Assembly: GCA_010093815.1 (NCBI GenBank)
Contig: ML996569.1
Origin: Pseudovirgaria hyperparasitica
Taxonomy: Eukaryota
Length of the DNA stretch: 64,000 bases
Strand: one strand, 5' to 3'
Part shown: positions 37,544 through 49,859 of the stretch, one piece after another
How positions within the stretch are numbered: the first letter of the stretch is position 1
Layout: the number at the start of each line of letters is the position of its first letter
Program-made: the position numbers and the translations under genes
The notes under the pieces: model-generated
The model's input: the letters and a program-made list of their open reading frames with translations, nothing else
Told to the model about the DNA's origin: nothing
Database searches by the model: none

Positions 37544-39238
37544 TCATAGCTTCGCAGGTCTCTTCTCGCGTTTCGACATAGCATCAGCAACCATCCGCCG
37601 TTGAACCTTGCCAGTTGCTGTCTTGGGCATGATATCTGTAAAATATATCTGTCATGCTCATTAGCCACCTATGTGCAGGGAGTTGGGGATTTCTAACCTT
37701 CTTCGGCAGTTTGAACTTCGCAACCCTGTCTTTCATCCAACCCCTCAATTCATCTGCAGAAAGCTTGCCTCCTTCTTTAAGCACCACGGCAAGACCGACA
37801 TCCTGACCGTACATCTCGTCTTCTATTGCGAAGCTGACAGCTTCTGCAACAGCTGCATGCTGGGCGACGACGTTGTCGAGCTCAATTGGGCTGATCTTCT
37901 CTCCACCCTTGTTGATGAGCTCTTTGATGCGGCCTGTGATGATCACGTAGCCATCGGCATCTTTCTTGCCTTGGTCGCCAGTGCGGAAGAAGCCTCCTCG
38001 CGTGAAAGACGTTTTGTTTGCCTCGGGGTTATTCAGATATCCTTTGGTCACGTTCTCCCCGCGGATACAGATTTCTGCCTCTGAGCCCTGGGGAACTTCG
38101 TTACCTTCTTGGTCAAGAATCTTGATTTCGACTCCTTGACCGATACCTACGCTTCCGGGCTGTCTCTTGCCAGGAGGTAAGGGATTCGATGTCATCTGAT
38201 GTGCTGCTTCGGTCATTGCATACGCTTCGAGTACGGGTGCATTGAAGCTCTTCTCGATCTCATGGAATGTCTTTGGCGACAAAGGAGACGAACACGAGCG
38301 AATGAAACGAATGTCTGGAATTGGACTTGGGAGTGGAGTCTTCAGCAGAATCTGATGTATAGTGGGCACCGCAGTGTACCAGTTGGCTTTGTGCTCTATG
38401 AAGTCTCGCCAGAAGTCAGAGGCAGAGAACTTCAGAGGTACAATCACAGATCCGCTGGATGCTAATGGGGCAAGAAAACCAGCCAGAAGTCCGTGGACAT
38501 GAAATAAGGGCATCACAAGCATCGTCCGATCTCTAGTGGTGAGGCTGTATGTGCGTTGTATATTTCCTAGATCTTGTCAGACACAGTGAAATTGTGTAGC
38601 TCTCCTCTTGATCTACTCACCCATGGTCCGAGTCAAGTTTCTATGAGTCAATGGAACCTGGTATGGCATAAGCTAACGTTCGTCGTGGCCTTTTATGGCC
38701 AACTTACAGCTTTCGGCCGCCCAGTGGTTCCGCTCGTGTGCAGGACCAGAGCAACATCATCTGGCTGCGCTCCCTCCAATCGCTGAGCCCCTTTTGATTC
38801 CAGCTTCCCCTTCTCTTTCACATCTAGGACCACCTCATTACCATTCCAGTAGCATTCCGCAATAGCCGCCTTATATTTGCGTGCTGCTCTTACAGCCGCG
38901 GCATCTTGTTGGTATGCTCCTTTGGGTACCAGCGTGACAGCCGAGCTGAGATCATCAATGTAGAACTCGAACTCATCTTGCTTGTAAGAGGGATTGAGTG
39001 GTGCAGCGATCGCTCTTTGCCATGACGCTGCAATGAAAGCCACGATGAATTCGTAGGTGTTCGGAAGGGCAATTGAGACTGCTGACGCGGGTGATATACC
39101 GAGAGATGCGAGTTTCCGCTGGAACGAAGCGACCTCAGCGCATAGCTGCGTATACGTGATCGTCAATGACGGTCGGCCAGGAACAATGATAGCCGGCGCA
39201 TCGGAGGTCTGTGAGAACGAGTTGGCAAGGGTAGCCAT
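37544..39238 (-). CDS. PCS60: Peroxisomal acyl/oxalyl-CoA synthetase Pcs60-like; 4 exons
   Basis: AMP-binding LHTSGTTGRPKAV, MPLFHVHGL, YAMTEAAHQ, FFRTGDQG, PKTATGKVQR. The spliced C-terminus ...KRPAKL* is a PTS1. Confidence 0.92.
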
Positions 39239-39380
39239 GGTGCTGTCGTTAGCGGGAGGGCGGCAATTGCGAGTCCTTGCTTCGGGCGGAACCGTATCAA
39301 GGCAATATAACAAGAAACCAAGTTATGAGAATACAAAGAGAAAAGACGTTGCGAATTGAAGGGTTGTCAGCCATGACAAG

Positions 39381-39386
39381 CCTCGG
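39381..39386. promoter_or_regulatory. FarA/FarB-type fatty-acid response element CCTCGG upstream of PCS60
   Basis: Exact CCTCGG about 143 nt upstream of the ATG of a peroxisomal CoA ligase. Confidence 0.5.
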
Positions 39387-39643
39387 CGACAAAGTTACAG
39401 TACTCGATAGCACGTTACCGCATTGGGACTGTAGCGCACACGGTCCCACCGCTCGTCATCGGTGATATTGCGATTTTGCGCGTCGCGTCTTTACCGCCTT
39501 CCGTAGTCAAAGCTATATTTAATTCGCACTAAAATCCACTGCACCTCAACCTTAGCTCCCACATCGACATCAACATCGACAGCTTCATTCCTCACCTCCA
39601 TCTTTGCAACATCGACATTGAACATCGTTACGTTATTGCACCA

Positions 39644-41492
39644 ATGGCTGGCGATCAGAAGCCCGCACCTGCGGCCTCTTCAGGCTTGAGTCTCTATGCG
39701 CATCTGCTTCCTGGCGGCGGAAAGTCGACCATCACCAGCGCACCTGTCATGTACAATCAGCCGAAAGAGGAGAAAGAGCAAGCTGCTCCGGCAAAACCTA
39801 GTATTGGTAATTATCTGTAGTGGCCCTCTCCCCCACTCCTATTTGCCTATTCAAGACCTGTAAGCTTACTGCGGTCTGTTCGCTGCTTTGCAGATTTCAC
39901 AAAGCAACTATTTCAACAACAACAAAAGAAGAAACAAAACCAGCTCCACAAGGGCAGGGGTGCGAAACCTTCAAGGTTCCACGGATCCACCTCTTCTATG
40001 AACACGAGCTCGAGCTCCCCAGACAAGACCGGTAATGGAAGCAGCTTCAACATCCGTCCGATCACCACGTCGACAGCGGCAGACTGGATAAGCAACGCAC
40101 AGGATGACGATGCGGCAATCGAAGAAGCCGAAGCCAACAAGAGTCGATATAGATATCCTAAGAAGAAGAAGAGAAAGACGCAGAGGAACGTGCCTGAAGC
40201 TGAGATCAATTGGAACGAGCTCTATGAGCCTACCAAGTGTACGAACCTCCACGCCTACAACGAGAGTGAAGAGTATAGGAATGCAGACAATGATTGGTTC
40301 AATAAGCTCCACGCGTCTCGCTTCGCAGTGCAGCGCAACGCAAGCAGCAGTGCAGAAGTGGTTACTCCATCAGGTCAGCTGCCTCAAGCTCAAAGATATA
40401 TTTCCATGCTGACCACTTTCCAGCCCCGGTCGTGCGCAACGCTATGTTCGCACCACCCGCGTTCAACAATGGCCCGGCCAAAGCTATTGAGGATGTGGTG
40501 ATGCGCGACGACGACGCTGTCCATCCTGACCGACGAAGCGGCATGGCAGCCATTCCCACAGACGACGAGGAGGAGTACCGTCCGTCTTTCGGAGCACCCG
40601 CACATCCTCCTTCTGGTGGATTCTCTACGCACAATGCTACCGCGGGTGGCATCAATGTCGCTCCAAGCTTCGCACCTCCAAGCTTCGCACCCCCGACCGC
40701 GACCAATTCGTCCGCTCCCGCCTCTGCCGTCATATCACGCGCACCCGTTCGATTCCAACAAGCAGCATCCGCTACTGCCTCTGAAGATCAACAGGGTGAT
40801 ACCATTATGAGCATGGACGAGGTCCCTCCCGAGCCAGAAGTCGAAGAGGCTCCGCGCTCGAACCGACCTGGACAGAAAGACTTTGCGAGGCGCCTACTCA
40901 TGAAGCAAGGCTGGAAGGAGGGCCAAGGTCTAGGAGCATCTGGCTCTGGCATGATCAAGCCACTGTACGTCAAACCGATCAAGCAGAAGAAGTTCTCGGA
41001 CGCCGAAGGTGGCGGGTTCAGCAAGGCTGGACAGGGCAAGATCATTGCGGGGAAGAAGGCCAAGGGCTACGTGGAGGAGGAAGGCCAGTATGGCAAGATG
41101 AGCGAGGTGGTGGTGGTCCTTGGCCTTCTTGCGGGCGTTGACGTGCAGAGAGAGATGCAGGCGGACGTGCCTCTGGCACAGCGAATCGGGGAGGAGTGCA
41201 GCGAGAAGGTTAGTTCTGCCCTCGTGAGACGAGAATTGATTGATACTGATGATTGATATAGTTTGGGAACGTGGAGAAGGTGACGGCAAGCGCGGAGACT
41301 GGGCGAATTTTCGTCAAATTCACCCAGTCGTTGTCGGCGCTCCGGGCGGTCCAGGCGCTGGACCAAGGCGTCCTGCGATCCCTGGAGCCGCTGAACGCGG
41401 CAGGCAGCGTGGGCACGGCGCGATACTACGACGCCGACGACTTTGCACAGCAGGTGCTAGACGCGGACGTCAAGGTTCCGTCTGCCCAGTAG
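39644..41492 (+). CDS. Splicing factor 45 (SPF45/RBM17, DRT111)-like G-patch plus UHM/RRM protein; 4 exons
   Basis: GLSLYAHLL N-terminus, WNELYEP.K...Y, G-patch FARRLLMKQGWKEGQGLG, RIGEECSEK|FGNVEKV...IFVKFTQSLSALRAVQAL. Confidence 0.83.
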
Positions 41493-41687
41493 ATGGCAAG
41501 ACGCCAAGGCAAGTGTAGTATGTAGCGAAAATCAATGACAGTTGTTGACTGAGAGTGACATAGCGAGTGCAGCATTTTCCATGACGTGGTAGATGTCGTG
41601 CAGGTATATTCATGTGTAGATTTGGTAGAAAGCCGGTTTGTCTACAGTCAGGTGGTGATGTATACGATAGCCAGCAGAGGTATTGAG

Positions 41688-41714
41688 CAATCCAATCCAA
41701 TCCAATCCAATCCA
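41688..41714. repeat. (CAATC)n pentanucleotide repeat
   Basis: caatccaatccaatccaatccaatcca between the convergent SPF45 and MFS 3' ends. Confidence 0.85.
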
Positions 41715-41812
41715 GGGCAACGCATCCCTCAAAACAGGTCCTTTCCCCTTTCCCCCTTTTCCTTCTCCCTTTTCCCCCCCAAAAGAAAAACCACTTTTAT
41801 CAAAAGACATCC

Positions 41813-43580
41813 TCAAAGCAAATAGCGATAATCAGGACTCAAATCGCCCATCTCGGTCTTCTCGTACTCGGTCAAGCCGCGATCGACGGCGCTCCTATCC
41901 TTCAGCCTGTTCTGCCACCAACAGCTGACAAAGTAGATGGTGCAGGCGAGCGCGCTCAGACAGACGAAAGAAATGCTGATGCTGTGGCCCGTGTGATAGC
42001 CGGACGGGGCGTCGCGGGGCAAGAAGGCAAAGACGGCGATGATGCCGGCAATGTTGCCGAAGCCGACCTGCCAGGCGGAGCCGACGGCGCGGCGGTGGTG
42101 GCCGCCTAGGTTCATGTTGAACCAGCTGTGTGTCGTTAGTCTGGGACTGTGAAAGAAAACAATGGGGATATAGGGGAGGGGCTCAGGGAAGGAAAGGGGA
42201 AACACAAACCAGACGATGATGGGCATGGCGCTGTAGGCGCCCATGGCAACGAGAAAGAGCGCGGCATACTGCACGTCGCGATTATTGTGCACAGAGATGA
42301 GGATTGCAAAGCCGGACATGCAGACGCAGATGGGCACGATGGCGCAGAGGAAGCGGTGCCGCAGCTTATCCGAGATGTAGGCTATGATCATGGCCAGGCC
42401 GAACGCGCAGGCCCAGGGCGGCACGCCGTGCAGCTGGGTCTGGATGCGCGAGTAGCCGTACGACTGGATGATGGCCGGGGAAAAGTACGCGTAACCGTAG
42501 GCGGGCACGATCAGGCCAAAGTACATGAGGCCGCCGACGAGGATCTTGTAGTCGCGGAAGACGTTGAGGATGTCGCGGGCGCCCAGGCTGCGGTCGCGCG
42601 CCGACTTGCCCTGGTCGACGCGCAGGCGGGCAATGACGTAGGCGCGTTCCTCGTCCGTCAGCCAGCGGGCTTCCTCGGGGAAGTCGGGCAGGAGGAAGAA
42701 GAAGAAGAGGGAGACGAGGAGGGTGAGGAGGCCCTCGAGGATGAAGATCCAGCGCCAGCCGGCGTAGCCGCGCACGCCGCTCATCTTGCCGATTGCCGCG
42801 GCGAGGAGCCCGCCGAATGCGCCGGCGAGGGAGGTCGAGGAGAAGAAGAAGGAGTATCGACGCTGGGCCTCGTGGCGGCGATACCACATGCCGATGAGGT
42901 AGAAGGAGCCGGGGAACATGCCGGCCTCGAAGACGCCGAGGAAGAAACGGGTTGCGAGAAGGCCGGCGTAGGACTGGACGAAGCCCTGGAGCAGAGTGAC
43001 GAGGCCGAAGCCGAACATGCAGATGGAGAGCCAGACATGGGGCTTGAGTTTCTTGAGGATGATGTTGGAGGGGATCTCGAAGAGGATGTAGGGGACGAAG
43101 AAGATGACGAGGGCGGTGTTGTATTCGGTGTTTACGAGGCGGAGGTCGGTGGACAGGCCGAAGACGTTGGCGTTTGAGATGTTGATGCGGTCGAGGAAGG
43201 CCAGCAGATACCTGTGGGTAAGTGAGTGGAATGTTTGGGGAAGACTCTCGGAGAGAGTGTGTTGTGTTCATTAATTACATGATGCATAGAAAGGGCAGGA
43301 TGCGGAAGTCCATCCGATTGACCAGTTTGCGCTCCGTGGTATGGGCAGGACAGACCACGGGCTGGTCATGGTCTTCTTGGTCGTCCTGATCGAGGGGATT
43401 ATTATCCTCATTCTTGCTGTACTGTTCAGCATCTGGTGACACTTCCACGGCCTCTGTGTGTGTGGTGTTGTGTGTTAGCAAATGTCAGCAGTAGTAGTAG
43501 TCATTAATGGTTTGGTTAGATGTCAAGGCAACCTTGTTGAAGAGGATAAAACCGAACTTACTTTCGCGGTCGCCCCACAT
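41813..43580 (-). CDS. MFS transporter, anion:cation symporter (Tna1/Dal5-like) family; 4 exons
   Basis: ERKLVNRMDFRILPFLCIMYLLAFLDRINISNA, FEIPSN, RFFLGVFEAG, WYRRHEAQRR, GWRWIFILEG, LPDFPEEA.WLT motifs; 19-nt first exon MWGDRE. Confidence 0.92.
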
Positions 43581-44836
43581 GATGTCGACAACTAATGGTC
43601 GCTGTCTTCGGTGTCAGTGTCAGTCTCGAGGGAATGGTAGAGATGAGGATTAGAAACGGGGAGGATAGATGATATATATGGAAGAGATGGCGCGTCAATA
43701 TAAGAATAAGATGCAGGTAATGATTATTCCATCAGACGACTCCGACTCCTCTCCCACTTCAGTCAGCAGCCGCATTGGAGAGAATGCAGTATGTAAGCTG
43801 CGGTGATCAGGCTGAAAAGTGCGTGGACGACAGATCATGCGTGACAGAGACTGCTGCGACATGACTGAGAAATGCGCCTGTCCCGGGGTTAAGACGAGGC
43901 AGTAAGGCCGAACGATTGGCCGTTGGGGAGAAGGACTTATAGCTTTAGACCTGATGGGGATGATTATTAATGTGTTGTATTGTATTGTATGCTTTCATAA
44001 CCAGACAGTCAGCCTCCACTCCGAAATAGGAAAGCACCCCCCGCATCGGACAAGCCAGGCGCGAGTCAGTGACTTCTCGTCCCAACTAAGCTTAGCGCGC
44101 CTTCCTTCCCCCGTCACGGAACATTCCCGGGTAATTCCATTCGCCGACTCGCCGACTCGCCGACAATGGCAAAAAGAAAGTGATTGATATCTTTGATATA
44201 TTGTTATTATTGTCTTTGCAGCAAATGCGATTTCTTATGAGTGTTTGCGGTTTGATATCTCTATAGACCCATTCATATTCCACTTCTTAACCTGCCTGTC
44301 TGGCTGAACGACGGGCATTTGTGGCGGACTTGTGCGCTTCCGCAAACATGTTCATTGTAGCTTGGCTGCGCGTTTAGGGCCCAGATGTTCATCTCTTACC
44401 TCTCTCTCTCTCTCTGCCTCTCTTCCTCTCCCTCTCTCCCTCTCGTTCACTTTGCACCTTGTCCTCACTACTACTACTACCTCCTCCACTCCATTCACTT
44501 TCCTCTTGCGCGTCTCACAACAACATAATCGCTGCTCAATAGTCACTAATCCCTCAATAGGGCGCCGTGGGCTGGGACTGAAGGATGGCCCTGTTGCCGA
44601 ACCTTCTTCCTCCACGCCACTGGTAGTCCACAACCTTGTATCCCACACTATCCTCTACACTTCAGTCTGATTTCCCGTCGCAACTCTTCTATCCCGTCCT
44701 CGCCATTCGATCTTCTTCAATCGCTTCATCCGCCACTCTTCGCTCGCATCTCATTGTTGCTGGCTACAGGACCTTCAGCTTACTCCCTTTACATAACGCC
44801 ATATACCTTCCACGGACTCCTTTGTCTGCCTGCACC

Positions 44837-46717
44837 ATGGACATCTCTCGTCTGATATCTCCTCCCTCCCCGGAGTCTGGCCAGTCGGTCAAACTGCCAG
44901 CTCTGTCTCACTATTCCCTCGCCTCCGCTGCTACCGCTCCTGCTGCTCTTCCGACTCTTTCAAACACCATCTTGTCGCATGGCCAATCGCTTGATCTCAC
45001 AAAACCCGCTGCGGCCCAGAGTCCCATCGCAGCCTCGCAACTCAGCCCTATTCAACTCTCCCGAGACCCTCAACCTTCTAGCTCCGTTGAACGTCCTGAG
45101 CCTCCGCAACTCCCTCAATCTTCTGGCTCTCGTAGCCGTCCTGAGGCTCCCACACCCCCTCAAACCTCAAACTCTCTCAAACGTCCTGAGCCTTCGCACC
45201 CGCTTCAAGCCTCGAAGCCTTCGAAACGGCCCAGACTGAATCCGCGCCAGGTCTCCCGACCAACCTCTTCTCGACACTCCACCCCCTCATCTGAGCAAGG
45301 CCAATACGCCCCGTTAATGCCGCGTTCAGCATACGGCTCAACCGCCAGGCCACTTCATTCACTCGCGCCTCGACCCCTTCGTGCTCCAAACCCGGCCCCG
45401 CCCATCTTCGAGCATGAACGCATCGAGCTGGACAAGATCTGCAGGCCTTCCGTCAAGGGAGAAGTGCTCCTCCCTTTCAAATGCTCCCGTACTGGCGCAA
45501 TCGCCCATCCTCGATCCTTCACCGAAAAGTCTGCTGAGAGTAAGCTGGACTTTGGTGGCAAACGCAGGAGTGGTCGCAAGCCCACTGAAGCCTCCATCTT
45601 GAGGAGCAAGGCTGCTGCCGAAAAGCGCGCAAGGGAGCTCCGGCCTACCAGACTCAGGATCGACCAGCCAGTCAAAGCACAGTTGAACATCGATATCTGG
45701 GCACAGATCTTCCAATGGACCTCTCCAAGCACCCTTTTCGAGATCCGCCACGTCACGCCCTTCTTCGAGTATATTCTCTCTCTCGACAAGACGTGGGAAG
45801 CCTCACGTATCAGTACGTTCGGACACGACATGCCTGGCCCACCTGATGGCATGACCGAAGCCACCTACTGCGAGTATCTCACAGGCACTACCTGTCATTC
45901 GTGCAATGAATGCCCCGTCCGCAAGGTTTTTTGGGCTTTTCGCAAGCGGTGGTGTAACGAGTGCTACCGCACCTTGACCGTACGGGAGCGTGAGGCAAGA
46001 GCGTCTCTCGACAATCTTCATCCTCTCATCCTGAACACCATCATGTCGGCCACGCGAGACTCATGGGGCCATTACATTGGCGCTGGCTCCATCCGTCATT
46101 CTGCTGGACTCGGCGATGGTCGTGTGGCATGCTACTTGAAATCCGACATTGAGCAGCTGAGACGAGACTGGCAGGAGCTCTTGAGTGGTGAGACATTTGA
46201 GATGACACCAGAGCAGGTCACTGAGCGACGCGACAAATGGATTGCGGAACGAACTGCCGCGAGAGACGTCCTGATTGAGCAAGCTCGCAAGATCGAGGAC
46301 TGGCAGCGCAACGAGGATGCCAAGAAGAAAGAGAGCTACACCGACAAGCGTGAACAGCGCATCGCCTTTTTCAAGAGGCATGCAGAGGCTGTAGGCATCA
46401 GTGAGAAGGCTCTTCTTTCCAGCATGGCATACCAACGCGCAGCCAAGATTCCGAAAATGCCAAGTGAGCGGGCCTGGGATATCCTATTGCCGAAGATCAA
46501 GGAAGATCTGGCTGCTCTAGCACGGAAGGCTTCACGTCGCGCTTCGGCACGACACAGCGAAGAGCGAGCGTTGGCCGCGGCCGCGGCTGCACATCGCATC
46601 CCAACACTCCCGCCCCCAATTGGCAATCTCAACTTTGCAAGGCCTTCGGCGGCTATACATGCACTTCCACCGCACGGCATCGACGCATACCTCTGGCAAC
46701 GACAACGGCAGGCCTGA
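44837..46717 (+). CDS. F-box-like protein with Pro/Ser-rich N-terminus and Cys cluster; intronless
   Basis: CACCATGG start. LNIDIWAQIFQWTSPSTLFEIRHV..FF..IL resembles an F-box, followed by PGPPDGMTE..Y...L.G..CxxC...WAFRKRWCxxC. Confidence 0.65.
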   Translation: MDISRLISPPSPESGQSVKLPALSHYSLASAATAPAALPTLSNTILSHGQSLDLTKPAAAQSPIAASQLSPIQLSRDPQPSSSVERPEPPQLPQSSGSRSRPEAPTPPQTSNSLKRPEPSHPLQASKPSKRPRLNPRQVSRPTSSRHSTPSSEQGQYAPLMPRSAYGSTARPLHSLAPRPLRAPNPAPPIFEHERIELDKICRPSVKGEVLLPFKCSRTGAIAHPRSFTEKSAESKLDFGGKRRSGRKPTEASILRSKAAAEKRARELRPTRLRIDQPVKAQLNIDIWAQIFQWTSPSTLFEIRHVTPFFEYILSLDKTWEASRISTFGHDMPGPPDGMTEATYCEYLTGTTCHSCNECPVRKVFWAFRKRWCNECYRTLTVREREARASLDNLHPLILNTIMSATRDSWGHYIGAGSIRHSAGLGDGRVACYLKSDIEQLRRDWQELLSGETFEMTPEQVTERRDKWIAERTAARDVLIEQARKIEDWQRNEDAKKKESYTDKREQRIAFFKRHAEAVGISEKALLSSMAYQRAAKIPKMPSERAWDILLPKIKEDLAALARKASRRASARHSEERALAAAAAAHRIPTLPPPIGNLNFARPSAAIHALPPHGIDAYLWQRQRQA

Positions 46718-47243
46718 GAGGAATAGTGTGCTTACCGCATCCAGTGGCATGGCATTTTGAAACAATTAACGACTGGCATTTCAGCGGACACAAACAGCAT
46801 AGAATTTTTTTGGCGGCATTTTTGCATTTTTTGCATAGGGGCATTGCAACATTGGGCTCACATCTTATAGATCTGGGATGGCGTTCTCCTTTTTTGGTTG
46901 TTTTGTTTTTGGCTCGGCGTTTCCACAAGCATTACCTGGATCACACACACACACACATTGCATGCAAGCTGTACACCACGAGTCATGAATGGATGGTATG
47001 ACTGTCAAGGACAGTCGATGGGCCCATCAGCTAGACAGGTTCTTGATGAGACGCTGATTGGACATTCGGGGGAATGTTTGGCTGTATCATAGTCAGGCTA
47101 TGTCCTTGTGAATAGAGAGAGAGAGGAAACATATATGACTTTCGCACGTGGTCTAGATTCTATATCTTTCTGACGAGTCTATCCAAGCTACTTGCTCTAT
47201 CATGAGAGCGCAAGAAGAGAAGGCACAACATCTCTATATCATA

Positions 47244-47442
47244 CATCCATCCATCCATCCATCCATCCATCCATCCATCCATCCATCCATCCATCCATCC
47301 ATCCATCCATCCATCCATCCATCCATCCATCCATCCATNNNNNNNNNNCATCCATCCATCCATCCATCCATCCATCCATCCATCCATCCATCCATCCATC
47401 CATCCATCCATCCATCCATCCATCCATCCATCCATCCATCCA
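47244..47442. repeat. (TCCA)n tetranucleotide array containing a 10-N assembly gap (47339-47348)
   Basis: About 200 bp of near-perfect CATC repeats just past the CCP1 stop; true length unknown. Confidence 0.97.
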
Positions 47443-47475
47443 TGTTCAAACCAGACCCAACGCTCTCCCCATCAA

Positions 47476-48735
47476 TCAATCAAAACTACTCCGAAACCTC
47501 ATCCGCGCCTCCTCCCCCGTCCCAAACGGCACCCCAAGCTCAAACAGCCGCATGACAACATCCGCAAAATCCCTAAAAAACGCCTCATTATCCGCCGCAT
47601 ACACCTCCACATACCGCCGGAACCCCTTGTCCTTAACCAGCGCCATATCAGTCGGCAGCATCATCAAGCCGCGACTCCCGCCCACACCCTCATACTGCCG
47701 CGCGCCATCCCACTTCCGCCACCGCCACGTCTCGCCCAGAAGCAACTTGAAATACTCATTCGTCAGCACCGTCGGCGAGAACGTCCACGGCCCCTCGAAC
47801 CCGCTGCGATCAACGTGGCAGCGACCGAGCGCGTGCGCACCGCTCAGCGCTACAATCTCCCTGTCGTGCTCGAAGCCCATGCGGCCGAAGATGGCGCGGA
47901 GGTGGCTCTGTTCCTTGCGCGCGTCGGGCAGGCGGCCGTCGGGCGTGCAAAAGGCGACGTCGCGGTCGGCGCGGCCGGGCCGCCAGGGGATCTTGGGCCC
48001 TTGCATTTCCTGGATGGCGCAGACGGCGGCGAGGGTCCAGAGGTCGGAGTGGGTGAGCCAGGGGAAGTGGGCGTGGATGGGTTGGAGGAAGGCGCGGGCG
48101 GTGGAGAGGCCGGCGTTGGCGCCGTGGTCGGATTCCGGGGCGAAGCGCATGGTTGCGCCGTTGGAGCCGCCGGTTTGGGTGCTGGCGTCGTAGCTGGGGT
48201 TGGGGTTAGTGGGTGGGTGGATGGGTGAAAATGTGATTTTACCAGAGGGAAAGATGACGATGAGAGGGCTTGCTTCGAAGGAAGATACGTACGTTCCGCT
48301 CGCGTGCCATCCTAGACGTAGTAGGATAGGCCCGTAGCTGCCGTCGTCGTAGTCGCTCTCTTCCTCGAGCCGCTTGGCGATGGCATCGTAGACCTTCTGG
48401 TAGTCTTCGAACGTCGGCTTGAAGGGTTCCTTGGCCTGCTCTTTTACGTCGTCTGGGAGCGTCATCGTCGTGTATGCGTAGCCGGCACCACCGGCCGCGA
48501 GGGCGATGCCGATGAGCCAGGGTAGTTTGCTGCTGCTGCCGCCGCTGGGCCCGTTGCCTGATGAGGCATTATCGGCGTAGCCACGGCGGGATTGGTGGCG
48601 GCATGTTTGCTGTGCGATGGCAAAGCGGGCGGCGGCTCGGAGAGTGGATGTCTGGAGAGGGGATGACGATGACGACAGAGAAGATGCGGAGGAGCGCAGG
48701 GCGGCGCGCGAGAGTGTGCGGGCGGCGGATGCCAT
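47476..48735 (-). CDS. CCP1: Mitochondrial cytochrome c peroxidase; in-frame 99-nt intron 48194-48292
   Basis: [64 protein letters not shown]; bipartite mitochondrial presequence. Confidence 0.95.
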   Translation of the reverse strand: MASAARTLSRAALRSSASSLSSSSSPLQTSTLRAAARFAIAQQTCRHQSRRGYADNASSGNGPSGGSSSKLPWLIGIALAAGGAGYAYTTMTLPDDVKEQAKEPFKPTFEDYQKVYDAIAKRLEEESDYDDGSYGPILLRLGWHASGTYVSSFEASPLIVIFPSGKITFSPIHPPTNPNPSYDASTQTGGSNGATMRFAPESDHGANAGLSTARAFLQPIHAHFPWLTHSDLWTLAAVCAIQEMQGPKIPWRPGRADRDVAFCTPDGRLPDARKEQSHLRAIFGRMGFEHDREIVALSGAHALGRCHVDRSGFEGPWTFSPTVLTNEYFKLLLGETWRWRKWDGARQYEGVGGSRGLMMLPTDMALVKDKGFRRYVEVYAADNEAFFRDFADVVMRLFELGVPFGTGEEARMRFRSSFD

Positions 48736-49859
48736 GGTGTTGTGAGGTCAAGATGGGTAGAAACAGATATGCCGGAGACGGCGACGGCGACAACAACACA
48801 GGAAAGACAGCGTGAATCAGAGGAATAGAGATGAGATTGAGAGAGAGAGAGAGAGAACGCCGATAGAAAAGCAGCAAACGCTCAAACCTACCTTACTACC
48901 ACTGCCGCCGCCGCCGTTACGAGTCGGAGTAAACACCCGACAAAGTGTGAGATGCTGAGAAATGATTTCAGCGGACCGAGCCCTATGGGAATGCATAGAT
49001 ATGCCCTTACAGCGGGTCCTCTTGAACCCATCAAGCCCCTAACGCCCTATCAGAGCACGTGGATCTGTGTGAATCATCGTTGTTGTCTGTGCTCTTCACA
49101 ACGTTCTGACAACAGGGGTGTCCGAGCTGGTCATGATGTGTATGTATCTATGTGCTTACGATATCGCGGGGCTTCTAGAACGTCGCACAGTCAGCCTGTC
49201 CTGTTTTTCAATACGCTCTTCTCCTCTTTACAAGAAGCTGTGCACAGCAAACAGGGAACAGGGCAGGCCGTAAACAAATACGAATGACAATGCAGATGAG
49301 ATAATGTAGTCGTGTCCGTGAGGGGAAAGTCGTCTGTCTGGTTATCAGAAAACACGATCACGGTGCCGAGCCGAGACTTCTCCAGTTAGCGCCATCCATC
49401 TAGTGTGTCATGTTGATTGGCTAGTCCGCTCCGACTTGGCAGGGTCTGTTTCCTGCTTATCTTCCACTGTCATCACTGTCATGTTAGTATATATACAGAT
49501 ACTCGCTGTCCCATCTGCTATGCTGCTTTTGCATCTTCATGAGAGTGGAATGAATGCACAATCTCGAAGCAAGTTGAACTTGACCACTCAGAACTCAAAG
49601 TCAAGTAAAAACTATATGTCGAATACACATCTGTCTGTCGTCCGGAGATCTCAATTAAGCACACATGTCACCAGAAACCGAGGCTGGATAGCCAATGAGC
49701 AATTAATGAGATTGGTTATGTGCTCCTGGGACTGACTTCATGGTGAGACGCCCTGGTTATCCAGAATCTAAATGAAAATTCTATCCCAAAAACTCCCTAT
49801 CGTACAGCAACACTATGAACAGGTCCGTGTTGAGCCTTCTAGAATGCCCCCTATCGTAT

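Noticed and set aside
42149..43271. Long alternative ORFs (342 aa on +, 301 aa on -) over the MFS gene
   Set aside because: Shadow frames caused by extreme GC3 bias in the real gene.
47160..48193. MDGW/HPSI repeat ORFs and the 333-aa + strand ORF
   Set aside because: Translation of the (TCCA)n microsatellite plus the CCP1 antisense strand; spans an N gap. Not a CRISPR array, as there are no spacers.
11777..48292. Four stop-free 3n introns (48, 57, 84 and 99 nt) suggesting programmed retention
   Set aside because: The count is unremarkable among dozens of short introns, and retention would interrupt conserved folds.
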